DNA from: an uncultured Bacilli bacterium
GTDB taxonomy: Bacteria; Bacillota_I; Bacilli_A; RF39; UBA660
DNA: 64,000 bases
Assembly (NCBI GenBank): GCA_944359625.1
Contig: CALVSW010000005.1
Span: forward strand, 10,339 to 74,338
Direction: 5' to 3'
Shown here in pieces: positions 9,239 through 20,331 of this stretch. The notes beneath the pieces are model-generated. The model was not told the DNA's origin. It made no database searches and worked only from the letters and a program-made list of their open reading frames with translations. Position 1 is the stretch's first letter. Every line of letters starts with the position of its first letter. The position numbers and the translations under genes are program-made.

Positions 9239-11044
9239 ATGGATAAAATTATAAATATTGCTGTTGTAGCCCATGTTGATGCTGGTAAAAGTACCTTAGT
9301 AGATGCTTTACTAGAACAAAATGGGGTATTTAGAGAAAATGAAGTTGTACATGAACAAGTAATGGATTCTAATGATTTAGAAAGAGAAAGAGGTATTACA
9401 ATTTATTCTAAGAACTGTGCTATTAGATACAAAGATTATAAGATAAATATTGTAGATACTCCAGGACATGCGGATTTTTCTTCTGAAGTAGAACGTATAA
9501 TGCGTACAGTAGATACAGTAATTTTATTGGTAGATGCTAAAGAAGGTCCAATGCCTCAAACAAGATTTGTTTTAAAAAAAGCTTTAGAACAAAATCTAAG
9601 ACCAATATTATTTATTAATAAAATTGATAAAAAAGATGCTCGTCCATTAGAAGTTGTTAATATGACTTTTGATTTATTTATGGAATTAAATGCTACGGAT
9701 GAACAATTAGATTTTCCAATAGTTTATGGTGTTGCTAAAGATGGTAAAGCTACATTAGATTTAAATAATTTAGGTGATGATATATCTCCTTTGCTAGAAA
9801 CAGTTTTAAAACAAGTAGAACCATTTAAAGGTGATGTAAATGATAATTTACAATTACAAGTATCTCAATTAGATTATGATTCGTTTATAGGACGTCTTGG
9901 AATAGGTCGAGTTAATAAAGGTGTTATAAAATCTGGTAGTACAGTAAATTTATGCCGCAATGATGGTAAAGTAGAACAATTTAGAATATCAAAATTATTT
10001 GTTAATGAAGGCATTAAACGTAAAGAAGTTAGCGAAGCTTATTATGGAGATATTGTAATATTTGCTGGTTGTTCCGATATTTCAATTGGAGATACTGTAT
10101 GTACTTTAGGAATTATTGATCCATTACCAAAAATTGAAATTGAAAAACCAACTTTATCAATGAATTTTATGGTAAATAGTGGACCATTTGCTGGTGAAAG
10201 TGGTAAGTTTTTAACTTCTCGTCATATTAAAGAAAGATTAGAAAAAGAGTTAGAAACTAATGTTGGATTAGAAGTAGAAGAATTGCCTAGTTTAGATGGC
10301 TTTAAAGTATCTGGTCGTGGGGAATTACATTTATCAGTTTTACTTGAGGAAATGCGTCGTGAAGGATTTGAATTATGTGTTTCTAAGCCAGAAGTATTAT
10401 ATAAAGAAGAAAATGGTAAGAAGTTAGAGCCTTTTGAAAAGGTTATAGTTAATACTCCAAGTGAATATTCTTCAACTATTATTAGTGACTTACAAGAACG
10501 TAAAGCTACACTAGAAATTATGAATAATAATGATGATGGTTATGTTCATTTAGAATTTAGTGCACCAACGAGAGGATTAATTGGATACCGTAGTGCTTTT
10601 ATTACAAATACTAAAGGTGAAGGAATAATGGTTCGTTCATTTGATTCTTATAAGCCTTATGTTGGTTTAATTCATGGCCGTAAAAATGGTGTTTTAGTAT
10701 CTATGGAACAAGGAAAGTCTTTAGGTTACTCATTATTTAATTTACAAGAAAGAGGTCAATTAATAATTGGCCCTGCTGTAGATGTTTATGTAGGTATGAT
10801 AGTAGGAATTCATAATAGAGACAATGATTTAAATGTTAATCCTTGTAAAAATAAAGAGATGTCTAATACAAGAAGTAAAGCTGCAGATGATGCAATAGCG
10901 TTAGTACCACCAAAAACCTTTAGTTTGGAAGAAGCTTTAGAGTTTATTGCTGATGATGAATATGTTGAAATTACTCCGGCTGTTATAAGATTACGTAAAA
11001 AAATCTTAGATCCAAATGAAAGATTTAGATTAAATAGAAAATAA
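9239..11044 (+). CDS. typA: Translational GTPase TypA/BipA
   Basis: [45 protein letters not shown]. Confidence 0.97.
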   Translation: MDKIINIAVVAHVDAGKSTLVDALLEQNGVFRENEVVHEQVMDSNDLERERGITIYSKNCAIRYKDYKINIVDTPGHADFSSEVERIMRTVDTVILLVDAKEGPMPQTRFVLKKALEQNLRPILFINKIDKKDARPLEVVNMTFDLFMELNATDEQLDFPIVYGVAKDGKATLDLNNLGDDISPLLETVLKQVEPFKGDVNDNLQLQVSQLDYDSFIGRLGIGRVNKGVIKSGSTVNLCRNDGKVEQFRISKLFVNEGIKRKEVSEAYYGDIVIFAGCSDISIGDTVCTLGIIDPLPKIEIEKPTLSMNFMVNSGPFAGESGKFLTSRHIKERLEKELETNVGLEVEELPSLDGFKVSGRGELHLSVLLEEMRREGFELCVSKPEVLYKEENGKKLEPFEKVIVNTPSEYSSTIISDLQERKATLEIMNNNDDGYVHLEFSAPTRGLIGYRSAFITNTKGEGIMVRSFDSYKPYVGLIHGRKNGVLVSMEQGKSLGYSLFNLQERGQLIIGPAVDVYVGMIVGIHNRDNDLNVNPCKNKEMSNTRSKAADDAIALVPPKTFSLEEALEFIADDEYVEITPAVIRLRKKILDPNERFRLNRK

Positions 11045-11099
11045 ACATAAAATTTATTGTAAATAAAATTTTTGTGATATAATTTAAATGGAGGTTGGT

Positions 11100-12665
11100 A
11101 TGGAAAAGAAAAAGAAAAGTTCAAGTAAACAAACTTCTAGCAAGAAAAATATTGCTGAAAAAGTTGAAGTAGTTAAAGATGAACCAGTGGTAACTAATGT
11201 AAAAGAAGCTAAAACTGTTACTAAAGAAGCAAAAACTAAAAGTCATGATCATTCATTATTTAAAGTACTTGCAATTTTAGTATTAATAACAGTTGTTCTA
11301 ACGTGGATAATACCATCAGGATATTTTAATGGCGCTGATTACGTCGAAAGTGATATTATTAGAATTGGAATTAATGAATTGTTTATTTCTTTCTTCTATG
11401 GAGCTAATTACTATTTAATTCAAATTGCCTTTGTTTTAATGGTAGGAGCTTTTTATGGAATTGTTAGTCATTTACCTTCATACAAAGCTTTAATAGAAAA
11501 GCTAACAAATTTCTGGCGTGGAAAAGAAAAAGCATTTGTTTTAGTACATACTTTAATTATTGCATTATATGTATCAATTGCAACTCAAAGTTTTCCTATT
11601 TTATTGTTTGTTCCAATGGTTATAACTATTGCTAATAAATTAGGATTTAGTAAGTTTAATTCTTTAATGATAACTTTTGGTGCTATGATTGCTGGTATGG
11701 CTGGTGGAACATTTAGTACTTACGGTGCTGATTACATAGTAGATAATATGGATACTACTTATATGTCTGGGATAGCATATCGTTTTGGTATATTAGCTAT
11801 AACATATATATTAGTAAATGTATTAATATTTTCTAATATGAACAAGAAAAAGGAAGCTGTAATTGAAGAAGATGTTTTTGCTGCAGAAGCAACAAAAACT
11901 GGTAAAGCTTGGAAATCAGTAGTATTATTTGGAATAATTTTTGTAATAATGATTTTAGGATTTATCCCTTGGAATGAAGTATTTGGTATTGAGGTGTTCG
12001 ATAATTTCCATAAATGGTTAACTACTGATGTTACTATTCATATTGGAGATAAAGATCATGCTATATTTAAATATTTACTAGGAAATACTGTAGCATTTGG
12101 TTCTTGGGATATTTATACAATGGGATATGTTGCTTTAATTATTCTATTAGTTGTTAAATTTACAGCAAAAATCAAATTAAATGATTGCATAGAATATATG
12201 TATGAAGGTGCAAAGAAAATGTTAAAACCTGCATTATATATTATGTTTGCATATGCAATGTTTGTAATTTGCTATACTTCTGGATTTACTACTTATATTA
12301 TTGATTGGTTAAGTTCAGTTGGTAAAACAGTTACTGATGCCACAACAACCTATGTATTTAATCCGTTTACAAATGCTTTAGCTAATGCCATTTCTCAAAT
12401 TTTACATGTTGATTTTGGTTATACTGGTTTTGTAGCTTCTTCAATGTATGCAGCTAGATTCCCAGAATACACAACAACAATTATGACTATTATGATTGCT
12501 ATGAATGGCTTTGTATCATTCTTTGCTCCAACTAGTGTTATCTTACTTGTTGGCTTATCAATGTACAACGTTAGTTATAAAGAATGGTTAAAATACATTT
12601 GGAAGTTTGTCCTAATCTTATTAATTGTTTTACTTGCATTATTTGCCTTAATGACATTTATTTAA
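11100..12665 (+). CDS. YfcC/DcuC-like (ion transporter superfamily) transporter
   Basis: LTWIIPSGYF, FFAPTS...L....VSYKEWLKYIWK; about 12 TM; GGAGG RBS before ATG 11100. Confidence 0.8.
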   Translation: MEKKKKSSSKQTSSKKNIAEKVEVVKDEPVVTNVKEAKTVTKEAKTKSHDHSLFKVLAILVLITVVLTWIIPSGYFNGADYVESDIIRIGINELFISFFYGANYYLIQIAFVLMVGAFYGIVSHLPSYKALIEKLTNFWRGKEKAFVLVHTLIIALYVSIATQSFPILLFVPMVITIANKLGFSKFNSLMITFGAMIAGMAGGTFSTYGADYIVDNMDTTYMSGIAYRFGILAITYILVNVLIFSNMNKKKEAVIEEDVFAAEATKTGKAWKSVVLFGIIFVIMILGFIPWNEVFGIEVFDNFHKWLTTDVTIHIGDKDHAIFKYLLGNTVAFGSWDIYTMGYVALIILLVVKFTAKIKLNDCIEYMYEGAKKMLKPALYIMFAYAMFVICYTSGFTTYIIDWLSSVGKTVTDATTTYVFNPFTNALANAISQILHVDFGYTGFVASSMYAARFPEYTTTIMTIMIAMNGFVSFFAPTSVILLVGLSMYNVSYKEWLKYIWKFVLILLIVLLALFALMTFI

Positions 12666-12670
12666 GATTA

Positions 12671-12697
12671 TAACCCTTATTTAATTAAGGGTTTTTA
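12671..12697 (+). terminator. Intrinsic terminator
   Basis: aaccctta-tttaat-taagggtt followed by T run. Confidence 0.75.
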
Positions 12698-12725
12698 ATT
12701 GCTAAAATTTATTAATTTAAAGTAC

Positions 12726-12754
12726 TTGATAATCTAGTTTTACTTTGCTATAAT
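12726..12754 (+). promoter_or_regulatory. SigA promoter of rpsF-ssb-rpsR
   Basis: TTGATA-17 bp-TATAAT with extended TG. Confidence 0.75.
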
Positions 12755-12770
12755 ACAAATCGAGTGATGA

Positions 12771-12822
12771 ACACTCCTTGCTTTATTTTTATGTAAAGCC
12801 GAGAAAGACCAGAAGGAGGTGT
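12771..12822 (+). promoter_or_regulatory. S6:S18 ribosomal protein leader
   Basis: ACACTCCTT pairs with the RBS AAGGAGGTGT; inner gcttta/taaagc hairpin followed by CCG; directly upstream of rpsF. Confidence 0.75.
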
Positions 12823-12827
12823 AGTAT

Positions 12828-13118
12828 ATGAATAAATATGAAATAATGTTTATTGTTAAAACTACGATGGATGAAGCTAAGGTAAAGGATACTGTTGAAT
12901 CTGCTAAAAAATTAGTTGAAACATTAAAAGCTAAGCTTGATAGTTTTAAAGAAATGGGTGAAAGAAAACTTGCTTACCCAATTAAAAAAGAAATCAATGG
13001 CTATTACTATGTTATGAATATTGAAGCATCTGTTGCAGCAATTAAAGAAATAGATCGTAGATTTTCTTTAGATGAAAGTATTTTAAGACATTTAATTATA
13101 AAATTAGATGAGGAGTAA
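12828..13118 (+). CDS. rpsF: 30S ribosomal protein S6
   Basis: MNKYEIMFI, GERKLAYPIKK...GYY, ILRHLII. Confidence 0.97.
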   Translation: MNKYEIMFIVKTTMDEAKVKDTVESAKKLVETLKAKLDSFKEMGERKLAYPIKKEINGYYYVMNIEASVAAIKEIDRRFSLDESILRHLIIKLDEE

Positions 13119-13123
13119 AACTT

Positions 13124-13606
13124 ATGAATAAAGTTTTTTTAATCGGAAGATTAACTAGAGATCCAGAAATGCGTACTATTTCTACTGGTGCAGTAACTAC
13201 TACTTTTTCAATTGCAGTAAATCGAAATTTTACTAACTCTCAAGGCGAGAGAACTGCTGATTTTTTTAACTGTATTGCATGGCGTAAATTAGCAGAAAAT
13301 ATTAGTAAATATTGCCAAAAGGGTACACAGATTGCAATTGAAGGACGTATTCAAAATAGAAGCTATGATGCTCAAGATGGAACAAAGAGATATGTTACTG
13401 AAATAATTTGTGATAATGTAACTTTTTTGAGTTCTCGTAATGATTCGTCAAGTTATGTTCCAAATGATTATGAACAACCAAATGTCGAAAATGAAGTAAG
13501 TGATTATGGTAAGTCTCCTGATATTGCTAGTAACGATTTAGCAGAAGATCCATATGCAAATATGGGTGCTGAAGTATCATTATCAGATGATGATTTACCT
13601 TTCTAG
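13124..13606 (+). CDS. ssb: Single-stranded DNA-binding protein
   Basis: MNKVFLIGRLTRDPE, OB fold, DDDLPF tail. Confidence 0.97.
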   Translation: MNKVFLIGRLTRDPEMRTISTGAVTTTFSIAVNRNFTNSQGERTADFFNCIAWRKLAENISKYCQKGTQIAIEGRIQNRSYDAQDGTKRYVTEIICDNVTFLSSRNDSSSYVPNDYEQPNVENEVSDYGKSPDIASNDLAEDPYANMGAEVSLSDDDLPF

Positions 13607-13622
13607 GAAAGGAGAACTAAGT

Positions 13623-13841
13623 ATGGCAGACTTTTATCGTAGAAAAAAGAAAATTTGTCAAATGTGTGCTAATAAGAAGGTTGACTATAAAGATGTAGCT
13701 ATTATTTCTAAATATATTACTGAAAAAGGAAAAATAGTAAATCGTCGTATTAGTGGTGCTTGTCAAAAACATCAAAGATACATTGCAAAACAAATAAAAT
13801 ATGCTAGATATATGGCATTAATTCCATATGTTAAAGACTAA
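13623..13841 (+). CDS. rpsR: 30S ribosomal protein S18 (Zn-binding type)
   Basis: RRKKKICQMC...VDYKD...GKI..RRISGAC.KHQR; AAGGAG RBS before ATG 13623. Confidence 0.96.
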   Translation: MADFYRRKKKICQMCANKKVDYKDVAIISKYITEKGKIVNRRISGACQKHQRYIAKQIKYARYMALIPYVKD

Positions 13842-13943
13842 TTATAAAAAGACAAAAGGGTATATTTAACTAATTTGTCTTTTTTTGTTAGTATCTTTTT
13901 TTATATTTTTTTGTTATAATAATCATACAAAAGAGGCGATATT

Positions 13944-14384
13944 ATGAAAGTTATACTTTTAAAAGATGTAAAAAATCAAGGTAAAAAAGATGATATTATT
14001 GAAGTGGCTGATGGTTATGCTAATAATTTTTTAATAAAAAAAGGCTTAGCTGTTGCTTTAACAGATACTAGTAAAAAAATTTTAAATAATCAAATTACTA
14101 CAAGGCAAAAAAAAGAAGAAGAAATAATTGAAGAAATGAATAAAGAAAAAGAAAAGATATTAAAAGAAAAAATTGTTTTCAAAGTTAAAACGGGAAAGAT
14201 GGATAAAGTTTTTGGAAATGTTTCTTCTAAACAAATTGCTGATTATTTAAATAAATTAGGATATAAGGTAGATAAAAAGCAGATTCATATAGATTTTCCG
14301 TTAGATACTTTAGGCCGTCATATGGTTGAAATTGAACTTCATAAAAAAGTGAAATTTAATATTGGTGTTAATTTAGTAAAGTAG
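13944..14384 (+). CDS. rplI: 50S ribosomal protein L9
   Basis: [31 protein letters not shown]. Confidence 0.97.
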   Translation: MKVILLKDVKNQGKKDDIIEVADGYANNFLIKKGLAVALTDTSKKILNNQITTRQKKEEEIIEEMNKEKEKILKEKIVFKVKTGKMDKVFGNVSSKQIADYLNKLGYKVDKKQIHIDFPLDTLGRHMVEIELHKKVKFNIGVNLVK

Positions 14385-15746
14385 GTGATTTCGATGGCAA
14401 GGACAATGCCACAAAATAAAGATGCTGAAATGTCAGTTTTAGGCTTATGCTTTTTGGATAATAATTTGATTGGTAAAATACTTGAAGAAGTTAATAGTGA
14501 TATGTTTTATAATGATGCTAATAAAAAAATATATGAAGCTATTAAAAAAATGTATGAAAATCATATAGCATTAGATATAACTACTATTACTGAAGAATTA
14601 GATAAGAGTAAGAATTTAGCTGCTGTTGGTGGCATAGAATATTTAACAGATGTTATAGATTCTGTTGTAACAGCATCTAATATAGATTATTATATTAACA
14701 TTATAAAAGAAAAAGCTATAATACGTCGTTTGATTAATACAGCTACTGATATTATAACTGAGTCATATAATGAAGATGAAAACATTACTGCTTTATTAGA
14801 TAATGCTGAAAAAAGTATTTTAGATGTTATACGTTCGCGTCAAACAACTGAATTTATGCCAATTGGCGAAGTTTTAAAAAATGCTCAATCGCAATTAGAA
14901 TTTCTTTCTCAAAATAAATCTACAATATCTGGGTTAGAAACAGGTTTTTATGATTTAGATAAGGCTACAAGTGGATTACATGAAGGAGAAATGATTGTTT
15001 TAGCAGCTCGTCCAGGTATGGGAAAAACTGCTTTTGCTTTAAATATAGCGACTCATGCTGCTAAAACTACCAAAAAAGCAATTGCTATTTTTAATTTAGA
15101 AATGTCAGCAGAACAATTAGTAAATCGTATGATAAGTGCTATTGGTGGTATTGAAGGTAGAAAATTACAAAATGGTCAACTTAATCAAAATGATTGGAAA
15201 AAATATAATGAAGCAGTTAGTCAATTAGCTAATACTAACATTTATATTGAGGATAATGCCGCAATTACATCTAATGATATTCGTGCTAAATGTCGTCGTT
15301 TAGCGACTAAACCTGAAGGTTTAGGCTTAATTATTATTGATTATTTGCAGTTATTAACTACAGGTGGGAAAAGACCGGAATCTCGTCAACAAGAAGTATC
15401 TGATATTTCCCGCTCTATAAAAACAATGGCTATGGAATTAAAAGTTCCTGTAATTGCTTTAGCGCAGCTTTCACGTAATGCTGAGAAAAGAGAAAATAAT
15501 GAGCCTATGTTAGCTGATTTACGTGAATCTGGTTCAATTGAGCAAGATGCCGATATAGTAATGTTTATTAATCGTAAAGACTATTATAAAGCAAAAACTG
15601 AATTAGGTAAAAATGAAAATGTTGAAACTGATATAATTATTGCTAAACATCGTAAGGGTGGTACTGGTAAATTTACGGTATTATTTGAACCAACGATGAT
15701 GAATTTCCGAAACTATATGGTTATGGAAAAAGAAGGAGAATATTGA
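14385..15746 (+). CDS. dnaB: Replicative DNA helicase (DnaB; DnaC in Bacillus nomenclature)
   Basis: AARPGMGKTAFALN, IIDYLQL, AQLSR, DLRESGSIEQDAD. Confidence 0.97.
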   Translation: MISMARTMPQNKDAEMSVLGLCFLDNNLIGKILEEVNSDMFYNDANKKIYEAIKKMYENHIALDITTITEELDKSKNLAAVGGIEYLTDVIDSVVTASNIDYYINIIKEKAIIRRLINTATDIITESYNEDENITALLDNAEKSILDVIRSRQTTEFMPIGEVLKNAQSQLEFLSQNKSTISGLETGFYDLDKATSGLHEGEMIVLAARPGMGKTAFALNIATHAAKTTKKAIAIFNLEMSAEQLVNRMISAIGGIEGRKLQNGQLNQNDWKKYNEAVSQLANTNIYIEDNAAITSNDIRAKCRRLATKPEGLGLIIIDYLQLLTTGGKRPESRQQEVSDISRSIKTMAMELKVPVIALAQLSRNAEKRENNEPMLADLRESGSIEQDADIVMFINRKDYYKAKTELGKNENVETDIIIAKHRKGGTGKFTVLFEPTMMNFRNYMVMEKEGEY

Positions 15747-17248
15747 TGCAAAAGAATAAAATAATTGCTGGGGTATTAACTTTAATTATTGGAATAGGTA
15801 TTTTTTTAATTGGTTTTATTGATAATAATTATAATTACAATGTAGATGAAGTTTACCAAGTTTATTTGGATGGTGAAAAAATTGGGGTAATTCAAGATGA
15901 AAATGAGTTATATTCTTTAATAAATGAAGAGCAGAAAAGTATTAGAGATGAATATAACGTTTCGCAAGTATATCCCCCAAAAGGATTTTCGATATCTAAA
16001 TATGTAACTTATGATACCCAATTATCTACAGCAGCTGAAATTTATAATTTGATAAAAGAAGAAAAGGATTTTACTGTTAAAGGATATACTATAACGGTAA
16101 TGTCAGAAGAAAATGAAGATGAAGATGCTAAAGTACTCTTTAGAATAAATGTATTAGATAAATCTATTTTTGAAGAAGCAATAAATAAAGTTATTAAATC
16201 ATTTATTAGTGAAGAACAATATAACGATTATATTAATGATAAACAATTAGAAATAGATGAAACTGGTGAAAAAATACTTAATATATACTTTCAAGAAAAT
16301 ATTTCTATAAAAGAGACTTATATAAGTACTCAAGAAAAAATATTTGATGATGTTGATGAATTAAGTAAATATTTACTTTTTGGTGAAAATAATCAAGAAA
16401 AAAAATATAAGGTAAAATCGGGTGATACGATTGAAAGTATTGCATATGATAATGAATTAAATGTTTCTGAATTTTTAGTTGCTAATAATGAATATAAAAG
16501 TGAAAATGATTTGTTAGCTATTGGTGATGAGGTAATTATTTCCTTAATCGATCCCATGTTAACTTTAGTTTATGATAAATATACGGTTGAAGATGTTACA
16601 GAAAAGTATAGTACAATTACTAAATATGATTATAGTAAACCTACTTCTTATCGTTTAGTACAAACTAAAGGTGTCAATGGAATTAGACGAGTTGCAAGTA
16701 CTGTTCAAGTTATTAATGGTGATGTTTCCCAGGGTTCAGTAATCGATCAAGCTAATACTTATGTTATAAGAGAAAAAGTAGATCAAGTAATTGTAAAAGG
16801 TGCTAAAAACTCTGGTATATATGTAGATGATGGTACCGAGTGGGCTTGGCCAACAAATCGTCCATGTATTATTACATCAAGATTTGGTACACGATACTTA
16901 TTTGATCGTACATCTCATGATGGTTTAGATATATCTGGTACTGGATACGGATCTCCAATTTATGCAATCCAAGATGGCGTTGTAATGAGTGCTCGTTATG
17001 GCGGCTGGGCTGGAAATTCTTCTGGTTTAAATATTATAATTCAACATTCGAATGGTTTATGGTCATTGTATGCCCATTTATCAGCAATTAATGTTTCGGT
17101 AGGAGATCAAGTAACACGAGCGCAAAGAATTGGTTCCATGGGTAATAGTGGTCTGGTAACAGGTACCCATTTACATATTGGTATATTTACTGGTAAACCA
17201 TATAATGGTGGCCGGGCTATAAATCCTGAATTAATATTAAACTATTGA
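15743..17248 (+). CDS. Membrane-anchored LysM-G5-M23 peptidoglycan endopeptidase
   Basis: N-terminal TM; LysM YKVKSGDTIESIA; G5-like segment; M23 HDGLD and HLH Zn ligands. Confidence 0.9.
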   Translation: MMQKNKIIAGVLTLIIGIGIFLIGFIDNNYNYNVDEVYQVYLDGEKIGVIQDENELYSLINEEQKSIRDEYNVSQVYPPKGFSISKYVTYDTQLSTAAEIYNLIKEEKDFTVKGYTITVMSEENEDEDAKVLFRINVLDKSIFEEAINKVIKSFISEEQYNDYINDKQLEIDETGEKILNIYFQENISIKETYISTQEKIFDDVDELSKYLLFGENNQEKKYKVKSGDTIESIAYDNELNVSEFLVANNEYKSENDLLAIGDEVIISLIDPMLTLVYDKYTVEDVTEKYSTITKYDYSKPTSYRLVQTKGVNGIRRVASTVQVINGDVSQGSVIDQANTYVIREKVDQVIVKGAKNSGIYVDDGTEWAWPTNRPCIITSRFGTRYLFDRTSHDGLDISGTGYGSPIYAIQDGVVMSARYGGWAGNSSGLNIIIQHSNGLWSLYAHLSAINVSVGDQVTRAQRIGSMGNSGLVTGTHLHIGIFTGKPYNGGRAINPELILNY

Positions 17249-18018
17249 GAACTTGTGTTTTAGCTAGTGGTTCTAAAGGAAATGTAACTTATGTTGAAAC
17301 TAATAATCATAAGATACTTATTGATATTGGAACTAATGTAAAATATATTAAAGAAAAATTATTAGAGATAGAAGTTTTAGTTACAGATATAGATATTATT
17401 TTAATTTCTCATATTCATAATGATCATATAAAAGCATTAGAACAATTTATAAAAAAATATAACCCATATGTTTATATGACATCTACTATGGTTGAAGAAT
17501 TAGAAATAAATCATCCAATAAGAAATTATGAAAAATTAATATTATTTAATGATGATATATATCTTGATACAATGCATATAGAAGTAATTAAAACTTCTCA
17601 TGATACAAAGGATTCAAAAGGTTTTATAGTAAAAGAAAATAGTAAATCAATTGTTTATATAACTGATACCGGATATTTAAATCAAAAATACTTTTCTAAA
17701 TTAAAAGATTGTAATGTTTATTTATTTGAAAGTAACCATGATGTAGAGATGTTAATAAATGGTAAATATCCTCAATGGTTAAAAGATAGAGTAGTAGGAC
17801 CATATGGTCATCTTTCTAATAAAGATGCAGCAATATACTTAGCTAAATTAATTGGTAGTGATACAAAAAAAATTATTTTGATGCACTTATCAGAAAATAA
17901 TAATACTAAAGAAATAGCCTTAGACACTATTAGGTCTGTTTTCTTAGAATATGGGGTTAAATTTGATAATATTAGTTGTGCTAGTCAAAATGAAAAGTCT
18001 GAGGTAATAAATCTATGA
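17245..18018 (+). CDS. walJ: MBL-fold metallohydrolase YycJ/WalJ
   Basis: LASGSKGN, SHIHNDH, SHD, TDTGY, ESNHD, GHLSN, HLSENNN. Confidence 0.88.
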   Translation: MRTCVLASGSKGNVTYVETNNHKILIDIGTNVKYIKEKLLEIEVLVTDIDIILISHIHNDHIKALEQFIKKYNPYVYMTSTMVEELEINHPIRNYEKLILFNDDIYLDTMHIEVIKTSHDTKDSKGFIVKENSKSIVYITDTGYLNQKYFSKLKDCNVYLFESNHDVEMLINGKYPQWLKDRVVGPYGHLSNKDAAIYLAKLIGSDTKKIILMHLSENNNTKEIALDTIRSVFLEYGVKFDNISCASQNEKSEVINL

Positions 18019-18449
18019 TAAAAATAATATGCGTTGGTAAAATTAAAGAAGAGTATTTAAATTTAATGATTAATGATTATACTAAAAGAATAAATAAATA
18101 TCATAAATTACAAATTATAGAAGTTAAAGATTCTAATATTGAAGAAGAGAAAAAAGAAATAAATAAGCATATTGATTCGAAAGATTATATTATAGCTTTA
18201 GCAATTGAAGGAAAAAAATTAAACTCGGTTGAATTAGCTAATATGTTAGACAAACTTTTTATAAATTATAGTAATATTACTTTTATAATTGGAGGGTCTA
18301 TGGGAATAGCAAACGAAATAAAAAATAAAGCAAATTATTTATTATCATTTTCTGATTTTACATTTCCTCATGGATTATTTAGAGCAATTTTATTAGAACA
18401 AATATACCGTTCATTTAAGATAATTAATAATGAGACTTATCATAAATAG
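18015..18449 (+). CDS. rlmH: 23S rRNA pseudouridine(1915)-N3 methyltransferase
   Basis: FIIGGS.G, LSFS.FTFPH, LLEQIYR, YHK C-terminus. Confidence 0.96.
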   Translation: MIKIICVGKIKEEYLNLMINDYTKRINKYHKLQIIEVKDSNIEEEKKEINKHIDSKDYIIALAIEGKKLNSVELANMLDKLFINYSNITFIIGGSMGIANEIKNKANYLLSFSDFTFPHGLFRAILLEQIYRSFKIINNETYHK

Positions 18450-18501
18450 TACTATAATGGTACTATTTTTGTTATAATTGTATATGAAAGAAGGAATAAT
18501 T

Positions 18502-19161
18502 ATGATAGGAAATGATTGGGATGAAGTATTAAAGGTTATTTGGCAAAGTCCTAATTTTAATAAATTTTATAATCATGTTTTAGATATGTATAATAAAGAA
18601 ACAATATATCCTCCAAAAGATTTAATATTTAATGCTTTAAAATTAACACCTTATAGAAATACAAAGGTTGTTATAATGGGTCAAGATCCATATCATGGTG
18701 AAAAAGAAGCTATGGGTTTATCTTTTTCGGTAGATAAAAGTGTTAAAATTCCTCCATCTTTAAAAAATATCTATAAAGAATTATATGATGATTTAGGTAT
18801 TAAACCTTCTATTTATGGTGATTTAACAAAATGGGCTAAAGAAGGGGTATTATTACTTAACTCTGTATTAACAGTAAAAAAAGATATGCCAGCATCTCAT
18901 CGAAACATTGGTTGGGAGCCAATGACTGATTATATTATTAAAGCATTAAATGCTAAAGAAACACCAGTAGTATTTATTTTGTGGGGAAATTTTGCTAAGT
19001 CAAAGGCAAGTTTAATAACAAATAAAAAGCACCTTGTAATTACAAGTGCTCATCCATCACCTTTTTCATGCAGATATGGCTTTTTTGGAAGTAAACCATT
19101 TTCAAAAACTAATAACTTTTTAATAAAAAATAATATAAAACCAATTGATTGGCAATTATAA
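18502..19161 (+). CDS. ung: Uracil-DNA glycosylase
   Basis: GQDPYH, IPPSL.NI, GVLLLN, HPSP motifs. Confidence 0.96.
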   Translation: MIGNDWDEVLKVIWQSPNFNKFYNHVLDMYNKETIYPPKDLIFNALKLTPYRNTKVVIMGQDPYHGEKEAMGLSFSVDKSVKIPPSLKNIYKELYDDLGIKPSIYGDLTKWAKEGVLLLNSVLTVKKDMPASHRNIGWEPMTDYIIKALNAKETPVVFILWGNFAKSKASLITNKKHLVITSAHPSPFSCRYGFFGSKPFSKTNNFLIKNNIKPIDWQL

Positions 19162-19701
19162 TTTAAAATCTTCTAAATCATCATCGTTCATATCTTTATT
19201 ATCAAAATAATTACGAGCCTTAATATTGTGTAATTTAGAGATAATATTTGAAGGAAATTTCTTGACTAAAGCATTTAAACTTGAAGTATATTTATTATAG
19301 TATTTTTTAGCAGCTGAAATTTTTTCATCGTTTTCAAGTAATCTTTTATATAATTCTTTATATTCTTTTATTGCTGATAATTCTGGATAATCATTTTTTA
19401 CTTTATCCATTAATAATAAAGTATCATTTAATTTTCTTTCCATTTCAAAAGTGGAAATTTTTTCTTTTTTAAGCTTTTCTAATTCTTTAAAAACTATTTT
19501 TGTCTCTGTTATATTATTATGAATTATATTTTCTAATTTTATTATTATATCATACTTACTTCTTAAAGAATCATCTATTATACTTTCAGCTTCATTAATT
19601 CTTGTTAGACACTCTTGTAAACTATTAAAATTAGATATATAGATTATACCTATAATTCCTAATATTGCTACTATTAATAATATTGCATATAATATAACCA
19701 T
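19156..19701 (-). CDS. LemA-family protein
   Basis: N-terminal TM, YPEL, I.AA..YYN....N.....FPSNII. Confidence 0.85.
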   Translation of the reverse strand: MVILYAILLIVAILGIIGIIYISNFNSLQECLTRINEAESIIDDSLRSKYDIIIKLENIIHNNITETKIVFKELEKLKKEKISTFEMERKLNDTLLLMDKVKNDYPELSAIKEYKELYKRLLENDEKISAAKKYYNKYTSSLNALVKKFPSNIISKLHNIKARNYFDNKDMNDDDLEDFKL

Positions 19702-19802
19702 TTTAAGCACCTACCCTAAAGCAATTATATCATAATTTTAATAATATTTATGATTAATTACCAAAAAAATTGTAAATATGATATATTTATTCTGGTGTTA
19801 AT

Positions 19803-20312
19803 ATGAAAATTAAATGTTTAGTAGTAGGAGAATTATCTGAAAATTGTTATATATTAGAAAATAATGGTAAAGCAGTTATTATTGATCCTGGAGATGAAGT
19901 AGAAAAAATTATTAAAGAAGTAAAAGATTTAAAAGTAGTTGGTGTTTTAATAACACATCATCATAATGATCATATCGGTGCTTTAAATTATATTTTACGT
20001 AAATATAATTTAAAGGAAAATATAGTAAAAGATAATTCATTTAAATATAAAATAATAAATACTCCGGGACATTCTAGTGATTCAAAAACTTATTATTTTT
20101 ATGAAGATAATGTTATGTTTACTGGTGATTTTTTGTTTAATAGTAGTATAGGTCGAATTGATTTGCCAACCGGTTCAAAAAAAGATATGTTAAATTCTCT
20201 TGCTGAAATAAGTAAATATCCTGATGAAATAATTATATATCCAGGTCATGGACCAATTAGTAAGTTAGGATATGAAAAAAAGTATTTTTCATATTATAAA
20301 ATGATATTATAA
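19803..20312 (+). CDS. MBL-fold metallohydrolase (glyoxalase II-like)
   Basis: THHHNDHIG, TPGHS, FTGDFLF, YPGHG. Confidence 0.9.
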   Translation: MKIKCLVVGELSENCYILENNGKAVIIDPGDEVEKIIKEVKDLKVVGVLITHHHNDHIGALNYILRKYNLKENIVKDNSFKYKIINTPGHSSDSKTYYFYEDNVMFTGDFLFNSSIGRIDLPTGSKKDMLNSLAEISKYPDEIIIYPGHGPISKLGYEKKYFSYYKMIL

Positions 20313-20331
20313 AAAGAAACAATTAATGTTT

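Noticed and set aside
18432-18449. rlmH 3' end GAGACTTATCATAAATAG resembles the SCC-type attB; TATCATAAATA recurs near 24957
   Set aside because: No recombinase nearby, the intervening genes are core (ung, ftsEX), and the repeat is short and AT-rich; the site appears empty
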